The notes beneath the pieces are model-generated. The model made no database searches and was not told the origin of the DNA. It was given only the letters and a program-made list of their open reading frames with translations. Positions 22,870 through 35,300 of a DNA stretch of 64,000 nt are shown here, piece after piece. Numbering within the stretch: the stretch's first letter is position 1; every line of letters starts with the position of its first letter. The position numbers were made by a program, and so were the translations under genes. The stretch is from Antedon mediterranea (lineage: Eukaryota; Animalia; Echinodermata): assembly GCF_964355755.1 (NCBI RefSeq), contig NC_092679.1:1704201-1768200 (forward strand), written 5' to 3'.

Positions 22870-25800
22870 ATGGACGACACCAGCAAAGTTGAAAGTGAGG
22901 CAAGTGGCGTTAGTTCGAACGAAGCGTCTAAGACGGACCAATGTGGATGGAGAAGTTGCACACCTGATAATATTCAGAGGTTCGCATCGCCCAGGTGGCT
23001 ACTATTCGTAATTTGTATATTTGTCTTTATACAAAGTAAGTTTCTTAAATTTTTCTTTAACAAATACGAAACATTAAAATATTTTACTAGGAAGTTGTCC
23101 CTATATAATTGGAGTGTTCATTCTATTGTTTAAGAAAGTTTAATTAGTGTTTGTAGAAAGTTTGTTTACACATCCATCCGTGATTATTTCACTTTCAAAC
23201 GGCCCATGTAGTATAACAGAATTCAAAGCGTAATACAATCTTCTGATTCAGAATAACAGATGAAGGAAATAATAACCAGATGTAGTGGGTCACTGGTTTT
23301 AGTAAATGAATGGGATAACGGAACAATGGTCTTAGTTTGCGTGACACAACAATCATGCTTGTCCTTGTCGAATAATCGGTACCTATCAACACTTGCTCTT
23401 TTACAATAACATGGAGTAAATACTCCATAGTATTATAAGATGCGAGTAAATGTCCGTGCTAAACTGTAAGGGCTAAACTCAGTGCGGTAAACAATAACCT
23501 ACCATCTGGAGACAACTTTGGGCTCATGTCTTCTTTCGAGGAAATTGGAATACGTATACCGGTATGAAATAATGGGAACGTTGTATCCGGAAAGTTCCGG
23601 CATTCAGGGAATACGAAGGCTAATGAACTCCAGACTTATTACAAGCCGACGCCGGCGTATACGCGACCATTTTATGATGATAATAATAATATAGGCTACC
23701 ACATGAACAAGAAAATCAAAGCATTAACAGTTAGATAAATAACATTAAATAAAAATATAAAAAATATAAATGCAGTTTAAAAATAAAAACCATTTCAAAA
23801 TAATGTAATCTCGCAGTTGATTTTATTTCCAAACTTTACCATTAAATCTGCAAGAATCTAGATTACTGTGATCATTCATATACGTTTTAACTTTTATGAA
23901 TGATTTCAATAATATTTAACAACAGATATGGTGACCAATGGATTCGTGAATGTCTCGATAACCACCCTGGAACGGCGCTTTGATCTTTCAAGTTCACAAG
24001 CTGCGTTGATTTCAGGAGGCTATGACGTTGCTGCTGGCTTAGGAGTTGTTCCTGTTAGTTACTACTGTTCCAATCGCCACAAGGGAAAAGCCTTGACGGC
24101 AGGTGAGAAGATAGTCTAGGTTTTAGACGGAGTTTTGACTTAATATTAGTAAAAAAATAAATATTTTGAAACATATGGCGTTTCATACTTATACCACCTG
24201 AGCTTGTAGTTTTCTGACAAAGCGAAAAGTCGAATGGTTTGACTAACATTAAAAAGACAATCTAAAAAAAATCTAGTGATAAGACTTAGGCGTATGTTAT
24301 TTCTCTTAAGTGCATTGGAGTATTGAAAACGGCTTAGAATAATGGCAGATAAGTGCCATCGAGTGTAGGGTGTATCAATATATATATATATTTGGGTGTG
24401 GTAACTCAACTCACAAAGTTTAGCTCTATTAAGCCTAATTCAATACTCTTGTTTACCACCAAGTCATAGTGTTTTGTTGTTCATGTTTGTCCGTCTTTTA
24501 CTTTCTATTTTTCTTCCCGTTTTCATCTCTCGAGAGGACTTTTTATTATTTAAATAATATTTTAATAATCATATTATATTAGTAATCAGAATATTAGTTT
24601 AGATTTCATTGTTTAGAAATAACTCTATAGATGACAGTAAAAATTAACTATCCGTGCTCAATTCAACGTACGTGCATTTTTCGTTTTGTGTGTGTTTACG
24701 CGGATAACCAAACTCGTCACGGTGACGAGTTCAAATCCAGTTATATTTCACTGATTAGAAATACATTGTTGAATTTAATTCGTTACTAATTTCAGGTCTA
24801 ATTTTATACGGATTCGGATCTCTTCTGTTCGCCTCTCCGCATTTCTTCGCCCCTTCCTACAATTACCAAGATACAGTTAATTCAAGTAGCTCATTTTGCT
24901 CCGTATCGTCTGATGAAACCGATGACCTCTGTGACCCGGACGATGCTGGGGATAGTAGTAGCTTATCAAACTACATATATATTTTTATTCTTGCTCAATT
25001 GGCAATGGGTCTAGCAGCTACTCCTATTTACACAATCGGCGTCGCATACCTGGATGAAAATGTTAAACATAAGGTGGTTGGCGAATACTTAGGTATGTTA
25101 TTACATTATTATTTATTTTATAATTGTTTTGATAGAGTCCATATTGGTGAATTTCCTATTTTAAGCTATGTCTACACTATCAAACTAGTTTGACAACAAA
25201 TATGTGACTCTTGCCCAAATATGGTAATGATGCTTAAATATGGTAGTGATATGACATCATTATGTCCATATATGGGCACAGCACATTTTTTTGTCACATA
25301 AAGTTTAATAGTAATAGACAGAGCTTAACAATAAAGAGTTCTTCACTTACGCTTGTTCTCATTCACCGATGCAGGAAAATAAGTGGGGTTATTATAAATG
25401 TTGTTGCAAAGGGTTGTTTTGTATAATAAATTGAAAGTTGAAACCTGGAGCTACCCTTTAAGACAAAAAACATCTGCCAACCGTAGTCCTCTCGATCTAA
25501 AGCTTGGTTCCCACTAGAACGTAACGGAAGGACGTAAACGCAACGCAAGCGTTTTAAACCAATGACAAGCGAAGTTATAGACAGTTAGCAATCACAAGCG
25601 AATAAGCCATCGCTTGTGATTGATCAATTCACTTTCGTTGCGTTACGTCCTTGCGTTGCGTCGCTAGTGGGAACCACGCTTTAACCAGCACTTATGCTCC
25701 ACTTGTGTTTGCAAATATACAACATTTCCCGAATTATAAAATACGGAAAAATGTGTTTTAAATTGGTTTTTTTTTCAAAGGAATATTTTTAATGATGGCT

Positions 25801-28800
25801 ATTTTGGCTGCTGCGATTGGATTTATTATTGGTGGCGCCATTTTAGATGCTTTATATGTCAATTTTATCACCGAAGGAAGGTAATTACATTAGTTATAAT
25901 TTTTAGAAACAGAGATATTATTAATCTATAAAATCAGGGAAGAGTAAAATGACATGGGAAACTCAGGAACCTTACATCATTCTCCCTGATACAGTAAACA
26001 ACCCATATTTTGAGAATGTAAATATTTGTTATGATGATTATCAGTTGCTTTACAATATTCGTTCTCTCATCCATACTTAATTTGCTTTCCCTAGCCCTGT
26101 TAACGTTGATAAAGACGACGATGCATGGATTGGCGCCTGGTGGCTAGCATTTGTTGTTAGCGCTTTTGTCAGTTTTCTGGCTGCTATTCCAATGAGCTGC
26201 TTTCGTGCCTATTTGCCAGGTACGTACGTTTTATCATGAAAAAATATAGTTCTCGAGTCTATAGTTATTATATAATGGCATGTTTCTGCAAACAAAACCA
26301 AATCATCAGTTATTGTTTTAAACAATAAAGTGCGCATGATCAGTTATTACCAAAACAACCAGATGCCCAATCACGACGCAATAACTTGTCCTTCAGGCCA
26401 AATGTTAAAAATTATCGCATTTATCCGATAATTATGCGATTTGAATGAGATAATTATCGGTTAATTTGTCTCGGTGGAATCAGTTAAATCCCGTTTCCAC
26501 AGGCTTTTTATCGGTTAATTTTTTCCTTGTTATTCATGGCTCAATTTTAATAACTAAGGTATGAAATCATAAGGGAAATGTTGTTTAACTATTTCATTTC
26601 TGATTAACAGGTTATGAAGATAAAATTAAGGAAAAACTGCAAGCGTCACAAATGACAAATGGAAATACTGATGAGCCGATTGTGGTATCAAGAACCGACT
26701 TTGGTAAATGGAAAGATTTGCCATTAGCCACCTGGCAATTGTTGAAAAACTCGACGTATTTGTTTGTATCACTGGGTAACTGTTCTCAAGCTATCATCTT
26801 GAATGGAATCATTGTGTTTATGCCCAAGTTTCTTGAGGTTATCTATCTACTAAATGCAGGGACAGCTGCCACATTAACGGGTGTGTGTTTTGTTTATTAT
26901 ATTTCTAGTAGAATCATATTATTAAATGTATTGAATAAAGTATATTTAACACTATATACCAGTTAATCCTGTTCCCACTTGGACGTAACTCGGACGCAAC
27001 GTGAATACGGGGCGCCGTTACTAATTTTGTAGGTAACTCACGTCTCGTCGTGTTGGGTCCAAGTGAGAACTTGATGTTAAACTACATAATATATATACAG
27101 TAGTTTCGTCGTGGCCATTTGCTGATAAGTCATCAGAAGAACAGCCTGATGTTAACAGTGTACGGTATTTTTTTTCCTTCAAAGAAAAATTAAAACAAAT
27201 AGATATGGCAATTCATTCGTCCCTGCTGCAATACGATTTTATAATAAATGACATGCGCTAGTTTTATTTATTGTAGTATTTTAATCGACATTTTAGGATT
27301 TTATATTTATATTTTGTATGGCTTTTATATCGTAATTTATATATTTTATGTACAGTATCCATTTTATATTTGTATGTACTGTATTTTGAGGCCAAAGGTC
27401 AACAGAGTTTCCCCATGGGGATAATAAAGTTTTCATTGAATTGAATTTACCGCAACTGATACCGGAACAATTCACTTCGGTAGTACTGTTAGCTGAATAT
27501 TTCACTTTGACGAATTATAGGTAATCGTTGTGGTAGAAGATAATTTTCCAGACATTTACTTGAAACAAAAATCTGTTAATACATTTATTAATATGGTTTA
27601 TATATGAGCCCAAAAATGATTTCTAGTCACTGATACTAACATCTAACATAAACTTTCGTTGAATCGTTGATGAATATTAACTTCTTTCTTGTTATAGGTT
27701 TATTTGGAACAACTTTTGGTGCGCTGTCTACGTTTGCAGCTGGTTGGGCCGTTCGAAAATGGAAAATGGACATTTACAAAATGTTAAAGATGATCATAAT
27801 ATCTACTGCAGTAGCGTCTGTGGTCATGTTCTCATTTTTCCTCAAGTGTCCAGAACCTCCGTTGGTTGGTGTTTCTGAACCCTACAACGTATCATTTACC
27901 AAGTTAGTTCTTTTCCATACTCTTCGTCACAGGACTATAATACGATTTTACGGTGACATCCCTAGAGACAAGAAACAGCCTGTAGGTTTTCTTGACTCTA
28001 CACATGACACCGTATAAAAATCGCCTCTAAAATAGTGTAGGCATGCACTATGTAACTTAATCGTTTTTTCTAACATTTTTTTTCAAGAAGACAATTATTT
28101 CTTTATGACGTGGGCAGTCTAAAAGTCAGTTACCATACTATATTGTGTTGGCGTGGCCTGGAAATGGTAGGCTTATGAATAAATTTCTTCGACATGTGTT
28201 AATTGATAAAATGGGTATCATAAGCGAATAATTTCCTGTGTTTTTCCTTTTGTAATTTCCTTTTTGACCCACATTTTGTTTGTATTGCAGTGATGTTAAA
28301 TTAAACGCACAGTGTAACGAACAATGCCACTGCTCTGTTACATCATACAATGCAGTCTGTGGATCAGACGGGCGTGTGTACTTTGATGCTTGCCACGCCG
28401 GATGCACAGTTTATATAGAAGAGGTATATATAAACTTTATTTAGACACGAGACAACTCGTTCAATCAACATTGATTGTTTTATACAAGTTCGTGATATTA
28501 CAAAAATAATCAAACACCATATAAATTCGAAAAAATTTAAAAGAAAATTACAGCAGAATCCCTTCCGTCTGACACCCCTAGGGGACACCATACCGTTACT
28601 TCCCGCGTAAACGGGAACCTCTACCCAAGTGACTCTTTTATAGGGTTGTTGCTAACAGGATTGGTGTTTTCCAACCGTTAATTGTAATGGTCAATTGACC
28701 ACTGACCCAGGCTCACGTCGTATTGCACCACACCCTTCGTATATATTCATAAAAGTATCCATCCAATAAGTCCATACAATACTACCATATGGCTGATCCC

Positions 28801-30032
28801 CTCGTTAAATTTTAATTAGCTTTAATTTCATCTTGGTTAATAAACGTTGTGAATAATTGAATGTAGTCATCTAAATGTAGTGTTCTGATTTTATTAAAAT
28901 GGGATCAGCCTTTCCCCACCCCCCACTTAAGATTGATTCCCACTATGACGCAACACAATGACGTAAGCGCAACGCAAGCGAGTTATAAAGCTTGGTTCCC
29001 ACTAGAGACGCAACGCAAGTACGTATCGCAACATAAATGATTTGACCAATCACAAGCGATGAACCTGGAAACTCTGGGAACCAAGCCGTACTCATTGCGC
29101 TTACGTCATTGCGTTGTGTGCAACTGGAAATATAAACTCGGAATATCATGTTATTTTTCTTTTCTGGTTTGCAGTCCAAAACGTATGGAAATTGTACGTG
29201 TGTGTTCAGTGAAGATAATGATGAACTAGGCTCCGCATCAGATGCCGCATGTGATACCATGACGTGTACAAACCTATACATTTTTCTCGTTCTGTTTTCT
29301 GTGGCGGTCACGTGTTTTTTCCTGCCTGGTCCATCCATTGATAATATTACTCTCAGGTACAAAATCTTTATTTTTAAAAGTATAATACTTAATGTGTTTC
29401 ATTTTAATAGAGTAGGCCTAATAAATACAGTAATTCCTCTTTGTTTTCAGGTGCGTCCCACATCAAAAGCGATCTCTCGTCCTAGTTTAAGTACTGTATG
29501 TGCTTCGAAATGTGTTTCATTTTAATAGAGTAGGCCTAATAAATACAGTAATTCCTCTTTGTTTTCAGGTGCGTGCCACATCAAAAGCGATCTCTCGTCC
29601 TAGTTTAAGTACTGTATGTGCTTCGAAATGTGTTTCATTTTAATAGAGTAGGCCTAATAAATACAGTAATTCCTCTTTGTTTTCAGGTGCGTGCCACATC
29701 AAAAGCGATCTCTCGCCCTAGCAGTGCAATGGGTATTGATACGATGTCTCGGTACAATACCCGGCCCGTTCTTGATTGGAAGTTTGTTCGATGTTAGTTG
29801 TATACTATGGAATAGGACGTGCGATGGTTCGCGTGGTCGGTGTCATAGGTACGATCATCCACAACTCGGTGTCTTGTTTGTTGTTTGTACCGTTGGCTTC
29901 TCTGTTTTTGCTATTTTACTTTACGGTTTAGCTTATTTTTCACATACTAAAAAAGAATCTAGACAAATGGAACAGACATCTGAAATGCTTACTAAGATAG
30001 ACACTCATATATACAGTAATTATGAAATGTAG
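22870..30032 (+). CDS. SLCO4: Organic anion transporting polypeptide (SLCO4-like) paralogue 2, ~666 aa; exons 22870-23035, 23926-24102, 24796-25092, 25781-25880, 26095-26219, 26611-26880, 27698-27902, 28291-28423, 29175-29356, 29687-30032
   Basis: Same 10-exon layout as paralogue 1; signature DDDAWIGAWWLAF; Kazal-like loop. Total 2001 nt when the third copy of the last acceptor is used. Confidence 0.9.
25501..25680. mobile_element. MITE family A (AGCTTGGTTCCCACT...AGTGGGAACCAAGCT); other copies at ~17326-17521, 26970-27070, 28936-29085, 36715-36872, 58638-58722, 58861-59004
   Basis: Terminal inverted repeats, T/A-rich flanks, and a shared CGCAACGCAAG / ACCAATCACAAGCGA interior in 7 or more copies. 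Confidence 0.8.
29391..29720 (+). repeat. Tandem triplication (118-bp unit) of the intron 9/exon 10 acceptor of SLCO paralogue 2
   Basis: TTGTTTTCAG|GTGCGT acceptors end at 29450, 29568 and 29686. Confidence 0.9.
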
Positions 30033-30039
30033 TTTAATA

Positions 30040-30205
30040 ATAAGGTTTATCGCAAATAGCTTCTACAATGCATGATGGGAAGGGTTTGGGAGCAAACGTC
30101 ACGACGCGTACGTACAAACAACAAATCACGTACGTACGCGTTGTGACGTTTGCTCCCAAACCCTTCCCATCATGCATTGTAGAAGCTATTTGCGATAAAC
30201 CTTAT
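30040..30205. mobile_element. Near-perfect 76-bp-arm palindrome (fold-back MITE, TA-flanked) 8 nt after the SLCO paralogue 2 stop codon
   Basis: 30040-30115 is the reverse complement of 30130-30205 with one mismatch (G-U compatible); 14-nt loop. Confidence 0.85.
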
Positions 30206-30357
30206 GTGCATTCATGTATTTGTTTGTATCTAAATCCTTTAAAAATAATAAGCCTCCCCATGCAGACACAGATCCAAAAGAAGTAGAGTTTGAGGGCGGG
30301 TATCAAAGTTTTAAAATGAAAACAAGAACCGAGTGAGGTGTAATATTTGTCAGTTAA

Positions 30358-30455
30358 ATGTCTGTTGCCGAAGTGGCATTCGTGCTAATTGTCGGTGACC
30401 GAAGTGGCATTCGGCTAATTATCTGTGGCCAAAGTGGCATTCGGCGAATTGTCTA
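30358..30455. repeat. ~30-bp tandem repeat x3 (TGTCTGTGACCGAAGTGGCATTCGGCTAAT-like)
   Basis: Three diverged copies visible. Confidence 0.65.
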
Positions 30456-30837
30456 TAACCCGGTTATAGCAGGCATATTTCTTAAATTGTCTGCGTAATA
30501 TAGGCCTACTGTAAACTACCGAAGTTACTAAAATCTTCGGTCAACAGTTTTTTTTTTGTAAGAAAGTTTTAATAAAACAAACGTGCAAATCATTTTATCA
30601 AAATTAATATACATTTGAAGAAAATAAAATATAACAGTTAGATAAACTCGAGTAATAGTTTATTTCCATTAAGAATGTCTACCAAAATATCTACCGATTA
30701 AGTTGATTTAAGTCTTTTTTTAAAAATTAATATTTTTTGGAAACTGAGTCTTTGGTGTTGTCGGTCTCCTAGAATAAGTGTAGGCCTGGGTTTATTATGG
30801 CAAGTTGTGTTTATCTTGGATGGGTACCTAGTACTTT

Positions 30838-31348
30838 AGGGACTCTAATAGAAGAGGTCTTTGATTGGAGGACTATATAGAAGAAGGTCTTTGATTGGAG
30901 GACTCTAATAGAGGTCTTTGATTAGAGGACTCTATATTAGAAGGTCTTTGATTGGAGGACTCTAATAGAAGAGGTCTTTGATTGGAGGACTATATAGAAG
31001 AATGTCTTTGATTGGAGGACTCTCTAGAATAAGGTCTTTGATTGGAGGACTCTAAAAGAAGAGGTCTTTGATTGGAGGACTCTATAAAAGAAGGTCTTTG
31101 ATTGGAGGACTCTAATAGAAGAGGTCTTTGATTGGAGGACTATAAAGAAGAAGGTCTTTGATTGGAGGACTCTAATAGAAGAGGTCTTTGATTGGAGGAC
31201 TATATAGAAGAATGCCTTTGATTGGAGGACTCTCTAGAATAAGGTCTTTGATTGGAGGACTCTATAGAAGAAGGTCTTTGATTGGAGGACTCTATAGAAG
31301 AAGGTCTTTGATTTGAGGACTCTATAGAAGAATGTCTTTGATTGGAGG
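30838..31348. repeat. 30-bp minisatellite (GGAGGACTCTATAGAAGAAGGTCTTTGATT), ~17 copies
   Basis: Head-to-tail units without unique spacers, between the convergent 3' ends of SLCO paralogue 2 and the VWC/FN3 gene. Confidence 0.92.
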
Positions 31349-31710
31349 AGATCTGTATTATTCTGCTACAGTTACCCTGTAAAAATTGTATACAACAATC
31401 ACACAAACAGATATTGTATATCTTGCTCTACACAGTATACCAACATCGCACAACATATAATGTAGGCTTTACGTTAAGCCTATGGTTATAATGTTTGATA
31501 CACATCTCAACACGAATATTAGTTCCGAACCAGCCACATGGTTGACAATAATAAATAAATTACCTGTTTTAATATCAACACCATGAATGTGCTGCGCTAA
31601 TGCCAATGATTTATGATCATCTCGATAATACAAGGCAAATATTTAAAACAAATCGGACAATCACATTAATAAAATGTAAAGACGATTCGTACCTAGTCCA
31701 TCTCACCGAC

Positions 31711-31857
31711 CAGTGGCGTAACGTAGAGACCTGAGGCCCCTGGTATTGGAACCCTAAGTGGTTTTCCAAAGTTGGAGGCCTCGGACGTTTTTAGCCTTTT
31801 TTAGCCCCATAGGCGCCCCTGGGATAAGCCAGTGAACTCTCAGCCGTTACGCCACTG
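31711..31857. mobile_element. hAT-type MITE; a related partial copy at ~53234-53417
   Basis: TIR CAGTGGCGTAAC...GTTACGCCACTG; degenerate 8-bp TSD TCACCGAC/TTACCGGC. Confidence 0.7.
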
Positions 31858-32337
31858 TTACCGGCCTGTTTAGTTCGGCATATATTCGATACGATTTAAC
31901 TATTTTACCTATAATTATTGATAATGAAGTAAAGTATTCCAATCTATATTCCAAGCAAAAATAATATTTACTGCATATTTAAGACTAAGCTTGGATATGT
32001 ACTTATGTCTACATTCACTATACTTAGTCTAGCCGCAACAATCTTAAAAATGAACACATCATATGAATGTGTTCCATAGGATCTTTGTACCATGGACCAT
32101 GGTTGCACAGGAATGATAACGAAAATCGCCTATAATTTGGCACGATTACTATTATTTTAAGATATTTTACATCATAGCATGAAAAATATAAAAGATCCAA
32201 AAATATATTACACACCGAATCTACAATATTATAACAAATATCTAATATAAAAAAATCTTTATATCATATTAAAACATTAAAAATATAATGCTCGTTTTTT
32301 TACAATCAATTATATACAGTATTTTGAATGTTTCTCC

Positions 32338-35300
32338 CTAAAGATCAAGTAACCCGTCTTGACTACCGCGCCTTGAAGCTAAGAACGTCGCCTCACTGTC
32401 TCTTCTCAGACTGTAGTAACCAACTTCCCCTTCCTTCGGTAAGTCCAGAAAAGCTCCGTCACTACCCCGTCTAAGTACATCCAGTAACCCAGCTTCGCTA
32501 CCTCGTCGAATATCCTATAAAATAACAGTGAAAGGTAAAACGTAATTCGCGATTAAAAAGTCGTGAATTATTCATTAGATGTCATGAATTATTCATTAGA
32601 TACCATGACTTATTCATTAGATATCACAAAATTAAACTTCAAGACAGGACCACAGATTTTCTTTTACCTGATTGTGTTCTCCTGTATAAAGACGTTGTTA
32701 AAAAAATAAATTATTATTTATGAAGATTAATAATAACAACACAGCAGCTACAACACTTGCCTTAGTAATTTGATCATATGTCGATGTATTGTCGTAATTT
32801 ATTTGTGTCGTTCGTACATATACATCGTACTGACGTTTTGTTTTTGGTCGAATTACTTTTACGTATAGCACTACAATAGCTGCAATGAGGATAACCGCTA
32901 AGACAGCCATACCAACAGCGACCCCTATCTTTGATGACCCTTTTTGAATTTCTATGAAAAAAACAAACAATTTGCATATTACGTTGACTATGTTGTTGTA
33001 AATATTTGTTGTTCGTGAGACAGCAGGGAAATTAAGCATTTACAGTAAGTAAAAATGTATTTTAAGGTTCTTGTTTAGCGTTACGGCGCCCAAATCCATG
33101 ATATTTTAAGCTGCTTTTTGTTTAGTGAAATACATGTTTTTTAAAGTCTTATAAATACAATTGAGAGTCTTGCAATTAAGTACGGCTTTTACTAAAGATG
33201 TAGGCTGGCTGGTACATTCGTATCAATGTAAAGGCCTTGCTTACTTGAGTATTTTGGGGCCGAATAAGTATACGCAGACAGGGAGCTTTTCTTCAGACAA
33301 CAAGACAATGTGAAAATTAGTTGTTGGGGTAAAGCACATTATATACCTGGCATAGTTGCATTTAAATCCTTGGTCTTTTCGGCAATAATTTTCGATCGAA
33401 CTTCACGAGTTAAAGTACCGTTATCCCACAGGCCTACGAGTTGTATTCTGTAAGTCTGTGAGGGTGTTAGACTGCGTAGAACGTACGATAACGAAGACTT
33501 CTCCACCCTTTTGCTTTTTATCTTGTTTGGTTCTTCTTCTTTACCGTATGTTAGTCGCCATCCAATAAGGTCAACGTTGATAGCTTGTGGTAAGGATTCC
33601 CATTTTAATGTAATGCTGTTTGTATCTATTGATAGCGCGTTTATGTCGATGGGTTCCCCTGGATACGGATCGGCTGGTAAAGCAAACAAAAACTTCAAAT
33701 TAATTCACAAAAAAAGTTATTTTTATATTTGTGCACATCATTTTAACCACGTGACTTCAATTCCGTCCCGAAACTCCACCCATCCATGAGGATGGATGTC
33801 ATCGCAACGACGTACGCGAAGCGCGCTATTAAACGAATCACAGTCAGTTTGGATGATCTGACAGATTACGTCACGTGTACGTCATTGCTTTAGCTACAAA
33901 GCATGTTCTTTGAAGTAGGCGTATTTTGTTACTGGTTGCATTCCAGGTGTACTAGCATTTAGACTAAACAAATTGCATTCCTAAAATCGTAGGCGGACAT
34001 GATGCTGCTAATTACTATCAAATTTGTTAGACTGTTTATTTTTTTGATTATTTTATCATTTATTCGAGACGGCATGCTTTTTCATTGATGTGTCAAAAGA
34101 GATATTTTAAGATCACGTACGTTATAAACATCAATATTTATGAGTTCAAAATAAAGTTTTAATGACCCGTGGTGAAACTCTATACCGTACTTTCGTTTTT
34201 GGCCTACGTACGTTGTAAATTATCCTACTACTTTATAAGCCTCAAAAAGTACACTATAAATAGTTGTAATAAATTAAACAGTTCGTAAACTCCCGTGCTT
34301 TACCTGGAACCCAAAGTGTATCGATTTCGACTTTGTTCGTCTGTAGTTCAAGTGCGATTCCCGGTTCATGTACCTCACCTAAAATGACCACCAACTGTAC
34401 AATATAGCTCCTAGACGGCTTCAAATTCACCAAAATGTACTTGGTCAACTCGGGTCTGAACTCTATTGAACTATTCCACATTCTGACGTCATAACCTAAT
34501 TCGCGGTACTTTAGGCGGAATAACGAGATGAATTGGCGTTGCAAATCCGTCAGCATCGGCCACGTAATCACTGCTTTCGTAGCGCTTATATCGTGCGCGT
34601 CTATCTCAATAATGAAGCTGGATAGTGGTAAAGGTAGAGACGGAAGTGGCATGTGTGTTGGCGGTTTTTCTACAAAGAAACAAAAACACAAATTTAATTT
34701 TAATAAATTTTACAATTTTTCCAAACGATGATTATAATAAGGGAAATTCATGTTTTTTCGTCTTGATTTCTGTTACAAATATTTTATTTAGGTACAATTA
34801 ACCAGATATTAAATTTAAAATTCATGCCTGTACCTGAGCTTTAAGCTGTCTACACTATGAAACTTAAATGTGACAAAATTGTGATGTTCCCATATATGGA
34901 CATGATAATGTCATATCACTACCATATTTAAACTTCAATACCATATTTGGGCACATCACACTTTTTTGTCAAACTAGTTTGATTGTGTAGACAGAGATTT
35001 AGTTAATAACCTACAATCATTTGTGATATTCATAAATAAAACAGCAAAATAGCAAATTAGCATGTCACCTATGAGGTACGTGAAACAGAAGCGAAACGTA
35101 AGGATGTATACACAACGCAAGTAACAAATCACAAACACGATTCCGATCTGTCGTTTCTGATTGGTCGAATTACTTGCGTTGTGATTGCGTTGTACACAAA
35201 CCAAAATATATTACCTTCATAACAAACCCATTCTTTACAACACGTATCAGGAACACTTATTCGTACAGGATATTTGCAATCGTAACCCGGTGCTTTTTGC

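Noticed and set aside
30838-31348. 30-bp repeats as a CRISPR array, or the ESSNQRPSSI ORF as a protein
   Set aside because: Units are contiguous with no unique spacers, there are no cas genes, and the context is eukaryotic. It is a plain minisatellite.
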